This document shows positions 21,240 to 34,436 of a stretch of 64,000 nucleotides of DNA, in pieces. The position numbers and the translations under genes were made by a program. The stretch is taken from NCBI GenBank assembly GCA_963828255.1, contig CAWHDZ010000017.1, positions 145,150 to 209,149 on the forward strand, written 5' to 3'. Below the pieces are notes generated by a model that saw only the letters and a program-made list of their open reading frames with translations, was not told the DNA's origin and did not search any database. The stretch is from an uncultured delta proteobacterium. Lineage in GTDB: Bacteria; Myxococcota; Myxococcia; Myxococcales; Anaeromyxobacteraceae. Position 1 is the stretch's first letter, and the number at the start of each line of letters is the position of its first letter.

Positions 21240-22553
21240 TCACTTGCCACCCCCGACCATCATCTGGAAGAACTCGGCGTGGTTCCCCGCCTGGCGGAAC
21301 TTGTCGAGCATGAACTTCATGGCCTCCACGTTGTCGAGCCCGTTCAGGATGGTCTGCCGCAGGATGTAGATCTTGGAGAGCCAGTCGGCCGGGAGGAGCA
21401 GTTCCTCCTTGCGGGTCCCGCTCTTCGCCAGGTCCATGCAGGGGAAGATGCGCTTCTCCATGAGCCTGCGGTCGAGGACGATCTCGGAGTTCCCGGTGCC
21501 CTTGAACTCCTCGAAGATCACCTCGTCCATCCGGCTCCCGGTGTCCACGAGCGCGGTGCCGATGATGGTGAGCGAGCCGCCCTCCTCGATGTTGCGGGCC
21601 GCGCCGAAGAAGCGCTTGGGCTTGTGGAGCGCGTTGGCGTCCACGCCGCCCGAGAGGATCTTGCCCGAGGGCGGCACGGTCGAGTTGTAGGCGCGCGCCA
21701 GCCGGGTGATCGAGTCGAGGAGGATGACCACGTCCCTCTTGTGCTCCACCAGCCGGCGGGCCTTCTCGATGACCATCTCCGCCACCTGGACGTGGCGGGT
21801 GGCCGGCTCGTCGAAGGTGGAGGCCACCACCTCGCCCTTCACCGTCCGTTCCATGTCGGTGACCTCCTCGGGCCGCTCGTCGATGAGCAGGACGATGAGG
21901 GTGACCTCGGGGTGGTTGGCGGTGATGGCGTGGGCGATGTGCTGCAGGAGCACGGTCTTCCCGGCGCGCGGGGGGGAGACGATGAGGCAGCGCTGCCCCT
22001 TGCCGATCGGGGCGAAGAGGTCCACCACCCGGGTGGTCATCTCCTCGGGATCGTGCTCCAGGCGGAGCCGCTCGGTGGGGTAGAGCGGGGTGAGGTTGTC
22101 GAAGAGGGCCTTGGCCTGCCCCTCCTCGGGCGGCTCCCCGTTGATCGAGTCGACCTGGAGGAGCGCGAAGTACCGTTCGCCCTCCTTGGGCTGCCGCACC
22201 GTTCCCCGCAGAGAGTCGCCGGTCCGCAGGTTGAAGCGCCGGATCTGGGACGGGGAGACGTAGATGTCGTCGGGACCCGGCAGGTAGCTGAAGTCCGCGC
22301 TGCGGAGGAACCCGAAGCCGTCGGGGAGGACCTCGATGGTTCCCTCGCTGGCGACCTCCATCTCCTCCTCCTTCTCCTCGGCCTTCCGCGACTCGGCCTG
22401 GAGGATGGCGAAGATCAGGTCCTGCTTCTTCATGGCGCCGGCGGCCTCGATGCCGAGGTCGCGGGCCAGCGCGGCCAGCTCGGCGACCTTGCGGTGCTTG
22501 AGCTCGGTCAGGCTGGAAGTCGTTGCGGAGGGTGCGGAGGGGGATGCGGGCAT
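21240..22553 (-). CDS. rho: Transcription termination factor Rho
   Basis: [47 protein letters not shown]. Confidence 0.98.
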   Translation of the reverse strand: MPASPSAPSATTSSLTELKHRKVAELAALARDLGIEAAGAMKKQDLIFAILQAESRKAEEKEEEMEVASEGTIEVLPDGFGFLRSADFSYLPGPDDIYVSPSQIRRFNLRTGDSLRGTVRQPKEGERYFALLQVDSINGEPPEEGQAKALFDNLTPLYPTERLRLEHDPEEMTTRVVDLFAPIGKGQRCLIVSPPRAGKTVLLQHIAHAITANHPEVTLIVLLIDERPEEVTDMERTVKGEVVASTFDEPATRHVQVAEMVIEKARRLVEHKRDVVILLDSITRLARAYNSTVPPSGKILSGGVDANALHKPKRFFGAARNIEEGGSLTIIGTALVDTGSRMDEVIFEEFKGTGNSEIVLDRRLMEKRIFPCMDLAKSGTRKEELLLPADWLSKIYILRQTILNGLDNVEAMKFMLDKFRQAGNHAEFFQMMVGGGK

Positions 22554-22794
22554 GTGTGGGGGTGTCCGATGCGAGGCGCCGGCGGGCGGAGGCCCGGGGG
22601 GAGGCTGGCGCGGCTGCGGGGAGAGGGAAAGCTAAGGGGCACGGGCCGAACTGTCAACCTGAGAGGGTTTTCACCCGGAGAGGAGGTGGATGTACGTGCG
22701 GATGCGCGCGCACCCGCTTGTGCCATGGACGCGGGTCGCGCGGTGACGAGGTGAATCGGCGCGGGTGCCTTATGATGATCGCAAAGGAGGTCTC

Positions 22795-24372
22795 TTGCAT
22801 CCCCACGAAGCGGTCGTCGCCGGCTCACCCGGGTTCGTCGATGCGCTGCTCCCACTCATCACCGAGCGTCTCGGCGGCGCCCCGCGCGTCGCCGACTCGC
22901 CGCTCCTCGCCTCGGCGCTCTGCCAGGAAGGGGCGCGGCTGCTCGTCTACGAGCACTGCGGCCGCGAGTGGCTCGCGCTCTGCGCCCAGCTGCGTTCGGC
23001 GGCCGGCCCCGAGCTCATCGTGGTGGCGGCGCTCCCTCCCGAGCACGCCGCCGACGTGGCCGAGATCTCGGCGGCCGCCAGCGCGGTGGTGGCCTGGCGC
23101 GGAGACGCCCGGCCCGTCCTCGAGGCGGTCAGCCGGGTCGTGGCCGCGCGCGACGCGCCGAGGTCGTCGGCGCCGGTCCGGCGCCCCGGGCCGGTCCTCA
23201 CGCCCCAGCCCACGCCGGCCGTGCTCCGTCCGTCCCCCACACCTCCCCCGCCCGCCGCGACGCCCCGTCCGCGCCCGGTGATGGCGGTCCAGCCGGGCCA
23301 GGCGGTCCGCCCCGTGGCGGCCGCGGTGAAGGCTGCGCCGACGCCGGCGCCGCAGCGCCCCACGGCCGACCTCGCCGAGGAATCGGCATTCGACACCATC
23401 TTCGACGACGAGTCAGGCGACGACGGAGCCGGTGGCGTGGTGGCGCCGCTCCCGGTCGCCGAGCCTCCCCCGCCTCCACCCTCGGCGACGTCCACGGTCT
23501 GGCCGGGCACCGTGCTCTCCGCCGACGACGGGCTCGCCGTGGTCCGGGCGGCGCTGTCCGGGCTCTGGCCGGAGCAGCGGCTGCGCCGGGTCACCGAGAA
23601 GGTCGTGGCCGCGCTCTCCACGGCCGAGAAGGCGGCTGCACAGGGGCACAAGCTCCCCTTCGAGCCCGCGCCGGTTCGCCGCGCCGTCGGGCTCCGCTGG
23701 CAGGTTGCGGCGGCCATCGACGACCTCCCCGTGCCCGGCGCCCCGATCGATCAGGGCGCGGTCCAGGCCATCCTGGGCGGCATCGACGACGTGCTCTCCG
23801 CCCTCAAGGAGCAGAGCGACGACGCCGGCCCCGAGGCCCTGCGCGCCATCGAGACGGTCCGTCACACGCTGGTCAAGGAGGCCATCGACCTGACCGAGGC
23901 GCTCCAGCAGGTCGCGCCCCCCGAGATGGTGGAGGAGATCACCACCAGCCGGAAGGTCCGTCGCGCCGGGGCCGCGCCGGTGACGCGGATGATCCAGAAC
24001 ACCAGCCAGGCCGATGCCGGGCCGAGCAACGTCCCCTGGGGGCTCGTGGTCGTGCTGGTCGTCGCGCTGGTCGCGGCGGCCGCCTACCACGGTTACCGCT
24101 ACGTGAACCGGGCCAGGCCCTCGGTGTCCCCGATCACCGGTGCGCCGTCGGGGACGGTGGGAGCGGTGACTCCGCAGGGCAAGGTGATCGTGCTGCCGGC
24201 CGGAACCAGGGCCGACCCGAAAGAGATCGAGAGCTTCAAGAATCTGGAGAAGGCGAAGGGGAACACCGTCCGGGAAATCGTTCCGGGCACCTTCGTCGTG
24301 TCCCCGGAGAGTGCTCGTCCGGGCGAGAAGCCCGCGGCGGGCGGCGCAGCCACACAGGGAGCGAAGCCATGA
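22795..24372 (+). CDS. Uncharacterised membrane protein (receiver-like N-terminus, Pro-rich linker, helical domain, one TM near the C-terminus)
   Basis: AAAGGAGG RBS then TTG at 22795; TM WGLVVVLVVALVAAAAY; stop overlaps the pilin start. Confidence 0.65.
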   Translation: MHPHEAVVAGSPGFVDALLPLITERLGGAPRVADSPLLASALCQEGARLLVYEHCGREWLALCAQLRSAAGPELIVVAALPPEHAADVAEISAAASAVVAWRGDARPVLEAVSRVVAARDAPRSSAPVRRPGPVLTPQPTPAVLRPSPTPPPPAATPRPRPVMAVQPGQAVRPVAAAVKAAPTPAPQRPTADLAEESAFDTIFDDESGDDGAGGVVAPLPVAEPPPPPPSATSTVWPGTVLSADDGLAVVRAALSGLWPEQRLRRVTEKVVAALSTAEKAAAQGHKLPFEPAPVRRAVGLRWQVAAAIDDLPVPGAPIDQGAVQAILGGIDDVLSALKEQSDDAGPEALRAIETVRHTLVKEAIDLTEALQQVAPPEMVEEITTSRKVRRAGAAPVTRMIQNTSQADAGPSNVPWGLVVVLVVALVAAAAYHGYRYVNRARPSVSPITGAPSGTVGAVTPQGKVIVLPAGTRADPKEIESFKNLEKAKGNTVREIVPGTFVVSPESARPGEKPAAGGAATQGAKP

Positions 24373-24866
24373 AGAAGAGGTCCGGCCGGAAGGCGAGCGG
24401 GTTCACCCTCATCGAGCTCATGATCGTGGTCGCGATCATCGGGATACTGGCGTCGATCGCCATCCCGGAATTCCAGAACATGACGCTGCGAACCCGCATC
24501 GCGGAGCGGGAGACCATCATGCGCGCCATCGCGAAGGGGGTGGAGGACTACGCCCTCGGCGCCGCGTCCGTGCCCGCGGGTTTCCACGGCCTCTTCAACC
24601 CGGTGAACGACCCAGGGACCACCAAGAACCCCTGGGTCCAGTCCCGGGAGGGATGGAGGGACCTGCCGCTCATCGTCGAGGGGGCCACCTACTGCGCCTA
24701 CCAGTTCACGCTCAACGAGACGGTCTCGCCGATCCAGCTCATCGTCACCGGAGACTGCGACATCGACGGCGACGGGCTCCACAACACGAAGATCCAGACC
24801 TACAACGGGTACGGAAACTCCTTCGTGCTGACCTCGGAGACACCGGCGGCGAACAGCATCTTCTAG
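24369..24866 (+). CDS. Type IV pilin-like protein
   Basis: G|FTLIELMIVVAIIGILASIAIP class III signal; C-terminal DIDGDG. Confidence 0.9.
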   Translation: MKKRSGRKASGFTLIELMIVVAIIGILASIAIPEFQNMTLRTRIAERETIMRAIAKGVEDYALGAASVPAGFHGLFNPVNDPGTTKNPWVQSREGWRDLPLIVEGATYCAYQFTLNETVSPIQLIVTGDCDIDGDGLHNTKIQTYNGYGNSFVLTSETPAANSIF

Positions 24867-27262
<2,396 letters not shown>

Positions 27263-27391
27263 GCAAGCACCCGTTTTCACGGGGGGACCTTGCCCCGCCG
27301 CTCCGGTGCGTGCTAGGTCCCGGTACCCCGGCGGCCGCAGGCGCGGCCGCGGCCACGGGCAACCGGCGGTTCGAACCCGCCGCCCGACGAC

Positions 27392-30058
27392 ATGACGACC
27401 CTCCTCTCCCTCGACGAGATCATCCTCGCCGCCCAGAAGCCCTCCCGCTACGTGGGCTGCGAGTTCGGAAGCATCCGCAAGGACCCGGCCACGGTGAGGC
27501 TGCGCTTCGCGCTGGCCTTTCCCGACACCTACGAGGTCGGGATGTCGAACCTGGGGTTCCGGCTCCTCTACCACGCGCTGAACGACCGGGCGGACGTGGC
27601 CTGCGAGCGCGTCTTCCTGCCCTGGCCGGACATGGAGGCGATGCTCCGCCAGAACGGCCACGCGCTCTTCACCCTGGAGTCGCGCGCGCCCGTCCGCTCA
27701 TTCGACGTGCTCGGGGTGACCCTCCAGACCGAGCTCGCCTACACCAGCGCCCTCTGCCTGCTCGACCTCTCCGGCGTCCCGCTCCTCACCCGCGACCGCA
27801 CCCCCGACCACCCGGTGGTGGTGGGGGGAGGGCCGTGCGCCTTCAACCCCGAGCCGGTGGCCGACTTCTTCGACGCCTTCGCCGTCGGTGACGGCGAGGA
27901 CGTGGTCCACGAGATCGCCGACGCCGTGCTGGCGTGGAAGGGCAGCGGCGAGGACCGGGCCGGGCTCCACCGGCGCCTCGCCCGCGTGCCCGGCGTCTAC
28001 GTCCCGTCGCTCTTCGCCCCGCGCTTCGACCCGGCGAGCGGCGCGCTCCTCGCGATGGACGCGCTCGAGCCCGGCTATGAGCGGGTGGTCCGGCGCGTCG
28101 TCCCCGACATCGACACCCTCTCCACCTCGGCCTACGAGCGCCCCGTCGTCCCCTTCATGCAGACGGTGCACGACCGGCTGCCCATCGAGCTGCAGCGCGG
28201 CTGCACCCGGGGCTGCCGGTTCTGCCAGGTCGGCATGATCACCCGCCCCACCCGGCAGCGCAGCCCGGAGACGGTGCTGCGGGTCGCCGAGCAGGGGCTC
28301 AAGGCGTCCGGCTACGAGGAGGTCGGGCTGCTCTCGCTCTCCTCGGGCGACTACGCCTCCCTGAACCCGCTCCTCGACGACTTCCTCTCCCGGTACGAGT
28401 CGGAGCGGATCTCCCTCTCGCTTCCCTCGCTGCGCACCGAGACCATGAACGACGCGCTGGCGGAGAAGATCGCCCGCGTCCGCAAGACCGGCTTCACCCT
28501 GGCCCCCGAGGCGGCCACCGAGCGCATGCGCGCCGTCATCAACAAGGGCAACCGCGAGGAGGACCTGCTCGCCGCCGTCGAGTCGATCTTCAAGAACGGC
28601 TGGTCGCTCCTCAAGCTCTACTTCATGATCGGGCTGCCCGAGGAGCGGGACGAGGACGTGGTGGCCATCGCGAAGCTGGCCCGCCGCTGCCTGGGCGCGG
28701 CGCGCCGGGCGCTGCCGCCCGGAAAGGGCTCGGTGGCCATCAACCTGGGCGCGAGCACCTTCGTCCCCAAGCCCTTCACTCCCTTCCAGTGGGAGCCGAT
28801 GATCACGCCCGAGGAGACCCGGCGGCGGCAGGCGCTGGTCACCGCCGAGCTGGGCGGCAAGAGCGGAGCCATCTCCTTCAAGCCCCACGACTCCCGCGCG
28901 GCGGCGGTCGAGGGGGTGCTGGCTCTGGGCGACCGGCGGGTGGGCACGGCGGTGCTCCACGCCTTCCGGCTCGGGCAGCGGCTCGACGGGTGGTCGGAGT
29001 GGTTCGACGAGGGGAAGTGGACCGCCGCCTTCGCCGAGATGGAGCGGGTCCACGGCGTGGGGCTCCCCTGGTTCGTCTACCGCCGCCGCCGCATGGACGA
29101 GGTCCTCCCCTGGGACCGGATCGACTGCGGCGTGGAGAAGGCCTATCTGATGAAGCAGCTGGCGGCGGCGCGGAACCTGGCCGAGGTTCCCGACTGCGTG
29201 CTCGCGCCCTGCAGCGTCTGCGGCGCCTGCGACTACGACCTCGTGAAGAACCGGATCCACCTGCCCGAGGACTACGTGAAGGCGCCGCCTCCACCCCCGC
29301 CACACCGGGAGACGCCGGTCCGGACCCACGTCCGGGTCCGCTACGCGAAGGAGGGGAGGCTGGTCGCCCTCTCCCACCTCGAGGTGATGCACGCCGTCCT
29401 CCGGTCGGTCCGCCGGGCGGGGCTGCCGGTGGCCTTCTCCCAGGGGTATCACCCGAAACCGCGCATCTCCTTCGGTCCGGCCCTGCCGGTGGGAGTGTCC
29501 AGTACCGCGGAATTCCTCGACTTGGAGCTCGTGGGGAACCACGAACCGGGCGCCGCAGGCCGGGCGCTGGCCGCCGCCCTCCCCGAGGGGCTGGCCTTCA
29601 TGGACGCCCGGGAGATCGACGCCCGGGCTCCGTCCTTGTCTGAGTCCGTGCGCGCGGTCCATTATCGGGTAGAATTCCCGCAGGGTTGGAGCGCGGAGTC
29701 GCTCTCCCGGAGAATCGAAGATTTTCATGCGGCGGACCGGTCGGTGGTGCGCAGAGCCGCCCCACCCAAGGCCCGCGAGAAGAAGCGAAGCCAGAGATCG
29801 GCGGCACCGAAGTCGAAGGAGATCGATTTGAAGGAGTTGGTGACCCACCTGTCGGTCGATGGACCAGGGTGGGTCGCGTTCAGCTTGAAGGCGGATCCAT
29901 CGGGAAGCGCCAAGCCAGCCGAGGTGCTGGCGGCCGTGTTCGGTGATGGAGCGCCGCCCAGAGGAGTCAAGGTCTTGAAGGAAGGCGTCAGCTTCGCGCG
30001 GGCGGCGGATGAGCCCCGTGGCTTCCAGCCGCGATCACCGCGCTACGCCGACGCCTGA
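27392..30058 (+). CDS. B12-binding radical SAM protein (TIGR03960-like) fused to radical SAM-linked domain (TIGR03936/DUF2344-like)
   Basis: FPDTYEVGMSNLG, CTRGCRFC CxxxCxxC, C-terminal LSHLE...FSQGYHPKPRISFGPALPVG; typical position before RNase E/G. Confidence 0.9.
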   Translation: MTTLLSLDEIILAAQKPSRYVGCEFGSIRKDPATVRLRFALAFPDTYEVGMSNLGFRLLYHALNDRADVACERVFLPWPDMEAMLRQNGHALFTLESRAPVRSFDVLGVTLQTELAYTSALCLLDLSGVPLLTRDRTPDHPVVVGGGPCAFNPEPVADFFDAFAVGDGEDVVHEIADAVLAWKGSGEDRAGLHRRLARVPGVYVPSLFAPRFDPASGALLAMDALEPGYERVVRRVVPDIDTLSTSAYERPVVPFMQTVHDRLPIELQRGCTRGCRFCQVGMITRPTRQRSPETVLRVAEQGLKASGYEEVGLLSLSSGDYASLNPLLDDFLSRYESERISLSLPSLRTETMNDALAEKIARVRKTGFTLAPEAATERMRAVINKGNREEDLLAAVESIFKNGWSLLKLYFMIGLPEERDEDVVAIAKLARRCLGAARRALPPGKGSVAINLGASTFVPKPFTPFQWEPMITPEETRRRQALVTAELGGKSGAISFKPHDSRAAAVEGVLALGDRRVGTAVLHAFRLGQRLDGWSEWFDEGKWTAAFAEMERVHGVGLPWFVYRRRRMDEVLPWDRIDCGVEKAYLMKQLAAARNLAEVPDCVLAPCSVCGACDYDLVKNRIHLPEDYVKAPPPPPPHRETPVRTHVRVRYAKEGRLVALSHLEVMHAVLRSVRRAGLPVAFSQGYHPKPRISFGPALPVGVSSTAEFLDLELVGNHEPGAAGRALAAALPEGLAFMDAREIDARAPSLSESVRAVHYRVEFPQGWSAESLSRRIEDFHAADRSVVRRAAPPKAREKKRSQRSAAPKSKEIDLKELVTHLSVDGPGWVAFSLKADPSGSAKPAEVLAAVFGDGAPPRGVKVLKEGVSFARAADEPRGFQPRSPRYADA

Positions 30059-30246
30059 GTGGAAACGAATTCTAGAGCTCGGCAGAGGGTCGCGAACTCC
30101 GCGACCCCCCCGGGCGCAGGGAATGCGAACGTGAGCATGAGCTCGACAGGCGATCCGCGGCCTCCGGCACCACCGGGGCGTCCGCGCTCGCGGCCCCACA
30201 CGGGCCTCGCCATCCCTACGTCTGGACCGGGCAGGCGAGGTCCGAC

Positions 30247-32700
30247 ATGGCGGGCAACAGCATCCTGGTGATCAACGCGGCCGGCGCGGAGACGCGCGTG
30301 GCCCTGATCGAGAGCGGCACCATCCACGAGTACTACCTCGAGCGAAAGCGCGAGAAGGGGATCGTCGGCAACATCTACAAGGGACGCGTGGTCCGGGTGC
30401 TGCCCGGCATGCAGGCCGCCTTCGTGGACATCGGCCTGGAGAAGGCCGCCTTCCTCTACGTGGGGGACGTCTACGGCGACCCCGACTTCTCGGAGGAGTT
30501 CGAGCTCACCGAGGGCGAGCACTCCGAGCAGGTGCCCGACGTGCCCTCCGAGCAGGAGGCCGAGGAGCAGGAGGTGAAGGCGCTGGCGGGCGAGGTTCCC
30601 GGCGCAGACGCTCCCGCCGCCGAGGCCGTTCCCGGTATCGAGGCCCCGCCCGTGGTCGAGGCCCCGCCCGTGGAGGGCGGCGCCTCCGAGGCCGCCCCTC
30701 CCGCCGCGGCGGCCCCGGACTCCGAGGCCCCGGCGCAGAACGTGGACGTCCCCGGGGCCTCCGACGTTCCCGCCGCCGAGCCGTCCGCGGGGGACGGCGT
30801 CCCCGAGGTGGTGGTCAACGAGGCCACCGCCGCCGAGGTGGAGCCACCGCCTGCGGAGGCGGTCGCCGCGCCCATTCCACTCACCCAGGTCGTCGAGGCC
30901 GGCGAGCTCATCGCCACGTCCGGCGTCGAGGCGGCTCCCGAGGCGTCCGTGGACGTCCTCGGGGCGCCCGACGTCCCCGCCGCCGATTTGACTAAGAGTG
31001 AATCACAGGCCGCGGAGGGCGCCGCGCCCACCGCCGGGAAGTTCGCCGTCCGGTCGGAGTCGGCGCCCCGCGAGGCCCGCGGTGAGCGTGGCGAGCGCGG
31101 CCGCCGGGATCGCGAGGGAGGCAAGGAGCGCGAGGGAAACCGCGAGGGAAACCGGGAGAGCGCCCGCGAAGGGCGCCGCGGCGGCGGCAGGAACGGCCAC
31201 AACGGCCACCGCCGGGACGAGGAGCGCCGTCCCCGCGAGCAGAAGAACATCCAGGACCTGCTCAAGGAAGGGCAGGAGGTCATCGTCCAGGTGGCCAAGG
31301 ACCCCATCGGCACCAAGGGGGCCCGCATCACGAGCCACATCTCCATCCCCGGGCGCCACCTGGTCTTCATGCCCACGGTGGACCACGTGGGGATCTCCCG
31401 CCGCATCGAGCGCGACGGCGAGCGACGCCGCCTGCGCGAGATCGTGGACCGCATGCGCCCGGAGGGCACCGGCTTCATCGTCCGCACCGTCGCCGACGGC
31501 GTGGAAGGGCAGAAGCTCGAGGCCGACATCCGCTTCCTCATCCAGGTGTGGAACGAGATCATCCGGACCAAGGACAAGGTGGGAGCGCCCGCGCTGCTCC
31601 ACCCCGACCTCGACCTCATCCTCCGGGCCACCCGCGACCTGTTCACGTCGGACGTGAACAAGCTGGTCATCGACGACCGCGACGAGCACGAGCGCATCCT
31701 GCGCTTCGCGCGCGAGCAGGCCCCGCACCTCGAGTCGCAGATCGAGCTCTACGCCGGGCAGGAGCCGGTCTTCGACGCGTACGGAATCGAGCAGGAGCTG
31801 AAGCGGGCCTCGCAGCGCAAGGTCTGGCTGAAGAGCGGCGGCTACATCATCATCGATCAGGCCGAGGCGCTCACCGCCATCGACGTCAACTCGGGGCGCT
31901 ACGTCGGCAAGAAGAGCCTCGAGGAGACCATCACCAAGATCAACGTCGAGGCGGCCAAGGAGATCGTCTACCAGCTCCGGCTGCGCAACATCGGCGGCAT
32001 CATCATCATCGACTTCATCGACATGGACAAACCCCAGAACCGGGACAAGGTCTTCAAGTCCCTGCAGGAGGCGCTGGGGCGCGACAAGGCCAAGACCAAC
32101 GTCCTCAAGATCTCCGAGCTGGGGCTCGTGGAGATGACGCGCAAGCGTGTGCGCGAGTCGATCACCCGCATGACCACCGAGCCCTGCGGCTACTGCGACG
32201 GGAAGGGGCACATCCGCTCCCGCGTCACCGTGGCCTACGAGATCTTCCGGGAGATCCGGCGCGACTCGCCGAGCTTCCCGGAGCCGGTGCTGGTGGTGAA
32301 CTGCCACCCCGAGGTGGCCCGCATCATCCAGGGCGCCGAGCGGGACGAGCTGCGCTACCTCATGGACCGCTTCAACAAGACCATCCAGGTGAAGCCGCAG
32401 ACCGGCTACCACCAGGAGCAGTTCGACATCTACGGCCGCCAGGAGCGCGGGGAGGGTGGCGAGCCCGTCGGCGGCGAGGGACGCGGAGGCGGAGAGGGTC
32501 GCGGCGGGGGTGAGGGTCGCGGAGGCGGTGAAGGTCGCGGCGGCGGCGAGGGACGCGGCGGCGGTCGGGGCGAGGGTGGCCGCGGACGGCGCGATCGCGG
32601 CGGCAGGGGTGGCGGCGGAGGTGGAGGCGAGGGTCGCGGCGGTGGCGGAAGCGCCCCGCGTGAAGAGGCAGCCCCGGCCAAGTCCGGGGACCCGGCCTAG
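30247..32700 (+). CDS. Ribonuclease E/G family, with a large disordered insertion in the S1 domain
   Basis: GNIYKGRVVRVLPGMQAAFVDIG, VQVAKDPIGTKGAR, AIDVNSG, DFIDM, CGYC Zn link. Confidence 0.95.
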   Translation: MAGNSILVINAAGAETRVALIESGTIHEYYLERKREKGIVGNIYKGRVVRVLPGMQAAFVDIGLEKAAFLYVGDVYGDPDFSEEFELTEGEHSEQVPDVPSEQEAEEQEVKALAGEVPGADAPAAEAVPGIEAPPVVEAPPVEGGASEAAPPAAAAPDSEAPAQNVDVPGASDVPAAEPSAGDGVPEVVVNEATAAEVEPPPAEAVAAPIPLTQVVEAGELIATSGVEAAPEASVDVLGAPDVPAADLTKSESQAAEGAAPTAGKFAVRSESAPREARGERGERGRRDREGGKEREGNREGNRESAREGRRGGGRNGHNGHRRDEERRPREQKNIQDLLKEGQEVIVQVAKDPIGTKGARITSHISIPGRHLVFMPTVDHVGISRRIERDGERRRLREIVDRMRPEGTGFIVRTVADGVEGQKLEADIRFLIQVWNEIIRTKDKVGAPALLHPDLDLILRATRDLFTSDVNKLVIDDRDEHERILRFAREQAPHLESQIELYAGQEPVFDAYGIEQELKRASQRKVWLKSGGYIIIDQAEALTAIDVNSGRYVGKKSLEETITKINVEAAKEIVYQLRLRNIGGIIIIDFIDMDKPQNRDKVFKSLQEALGRDKAKTNVLKISELGLVEMTRKRVRESITRMTTEPCGYCDGKGHIRSRVTVAYEIFREIRRDSPSFPEPVLVVNCHPEVARIIQGAERDELRYLMDRFNKTIQVKPQTGYHQEQFDIYGRQERGEGGEPVGGEGRGGGEGRGGGEGRGGGEGRGGGEGRGGGRGEGGRGRRDRGGRGGGGGGGEGRGGGGSAPREEAAPAKSGDPA
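32470..32560 (+). repeat. Degenerate 18-bp coding repeat (GGEGRG)n in the RNase E/G tail
   Basis: GGEGRG repeated about five times with synonymous codon variation. Confidence 0.85.
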
Positions 32701-32706
32701 GTCTCC

Positions 32707-33999
32707 ATGGCGACCGACGGAGCGCGGCGCGAGGCCGACACCCGGGCGCCGTGGCCAACGGCGTTGCGGGCCGGTCTGGCCGCGTTCCGGGGTGAGGACC
32801 TTCAGCTCCGGGCCATGGCCCTCACCTACGTCTCGATCTTCTCGCTCGTGCCGGCGGTGATGGTCGTGGTGTCGATGGTCCGGTCGTTCCCGGACCTCGA
32901 CCGCGTCCGCCTGCAGATCCAGGACTTCGTGACCACGAACCTCGCGGTGGGCGCCCGGGACAAGGTCCAGGCCTACCTCGACGAGTACGTCTTCGGGGCC
33001 TCGGCCATGACGCCGGGGCTGCTCGGCTTCGCGCTCCTCCTCGCCTCCGCGGTCGTGCTCCTGGCCCAGGTCGAGCACGCGGTCAACGTGATCTGGTCGG
33101 TCCGCCACGCGCGGCCGCGCCTGCAGCGATGGCTCACCTACTGGGCGGCGCTGACCGTGGGGCCGCTCGTCATCGCCGGGTCGATCGCCATCGCGCTCGA
33201 CGCCAACGACCAGCTGGGCGCTCCGAGGGTCGTCGGGCAGGTGGCCGGGGTGGCGCTGACCTACGTCTTCTTCGTGGTCTCGTACCTGATCCTGCCCGCC
33301 ACGCGCGTCCGCTTCTGGCCCGCGCTGGGTGGTGGCGTCCTCGCCGGTACGGCGTTCGAGCTCGCCAAGGGGGGCTACACCTGGGCCGTGACCCACCTCT
33401 TCCGCTTCCAGGCCGTCTACGGCTCCATCGCGGCGGTCCTCGTCTTCCTGCTCTGGGTGTACCTGTCCTGGACGATCTTCCTCCTCGGCGCGCGGTTCGC
33501 CTTCGTGCTTCAGCACCACCGCGCCCTGGTCGAGCAGGAGGAGCAGGGCAATGCCATGGGGCGGGAACTGCTCGCGGTACGCGCGCTCCTCGAGGTGGCG
33601 CTCTCCTGGCGGGACGGCGCGCCGCCGCCCGACGCCGGCGAGGTGGCCGACCGGATCGACGCGGCCGCGGAACCGGTGCGCGACGTGCTCTCGCTGCTCG
33701 AGGAGGCGGGCTTCCTCTCCGAGTCGGACGAGGGACGCCTCGTGCCGGCGCGTCCGCTCGACCGGGTGACGCTCGCCGACGTCCGTCGCGTCATCGCCGG
33801 GCCGCCACCGCGCGCGCCCGAGGGTGGGAGCAACGAGATGCTGTCGGCGCTCCTCGAGGAGGGGGAGGGGGCGGCCGTCGAGAGGCTGTCGCGAACCTCC
33901 ATCGAGGACCTGTGCAGCGCGGTCCGGAACGCCCCAGCCTCGCCCCCGTCGGGGGGCGTCGCCGAATCGGGCGGGGCGTCCCCACGCATCCCTGTATAA
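32707..33999 (+). CDS. YihY/virulence factor BrkB family membrane protein with C-terminal Rrf2-like winged helix
   Basis: ALTYVSIFSLVP, AVNVIW, VYGSIAAV...WVYLSW; C-terminal PARPLDRVTLADV. Confidence 0.88.
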   Translation: MATDGARREADTRAPWPTALRAGLAAFRGEDLQLRAMALTYVSIFSLVPAVMVVVSMVRSFPDLDRVRLQIQDFVTTNLAVGARDKVQAYLDEYVFGASAMTPGLLGFALLLASAVVLLAQVEHAVNVIWSVRHARPRLQRWLTYWAALTVGPLVIAGSIAIALDANDQLGAPRVVGQVAGVALTYVFFVVSYLILPATRVRFWPALGGGVLAGTAFELAKGGYTWAVTHLFRFQAVYGSIAAVLVFLLWVYLSWTIFLLGARFAFVLQHHRALVEQEEQGNAMGRELLAVRALLEVALSWRDGAPPPDAGEVADRIDAAAEPVRDVLSLLEEAGFLSESDEGRLVPARPLDRVTLADVRRVIAGPPPRAPEGGSNEMLSALLEEGEGAAVERLSRTSIEDLCSAVRNAPASPPSGGVAESGGASPRIPV

Positions 34000-34078
34000 A
34001 GCTTGCCGAATTTCCAGGCCTCGGCTAGGCTTCGCAGCGGTTTCGCCCGGGTAACCCCCCGTAATGCGGAGCAACTCC

Positions 34079-34429
34079 ATGCTGAAGTCGGACCTCATCA
34101 ACATCCTCGTCGTGAAGCGCGGCGTGACCCAGAAGCAGGCCGAGCTCACCATCGAGACGATCTTCGAGTCGATGAAGGACGCCCTGTGCAAGGGCGAGAA
34201 CATCGAAATCCGGGGACTTGGCGCGTTCCACGTCAAGCACTACGAGGGTTACCAGGGGCGCAATCCCAAGACCGGCGAGGTGATCCCGGTCCGTCCCAAG
34301 CGCGGGATTCTCTTCAGGACCGGCAAGGAGTTGCGCGATCGGGTGAACCACCCGGACGACGAGCCGGGCGCCGTTCCATCGGCCGCGGCGGCGACGGAGT
34401 CCTCCCCCGGGAGTGGCGGAGCGCAATAG
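34079..34429 (+). CDS. HU/IHF family DNA-binding protein (IHF beta-like)
   Basis: MLKSDLI, IEIRGLGAF, GRNPKTGE, FRTGKELRDRVN. Confidence 0.93.
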   Translation: MLKSDLINILVVKRGVTQKQAELTIETIFESMKDALCKGENIEIRGLGAFHVKHYEGYQGRNPKTGEVIPVRPKRGILFRTGKELRDRVNHPDDEPGAVPSAAAATESSPGSGGAQ

Positions 34430-34436
34430 CTCGGAT

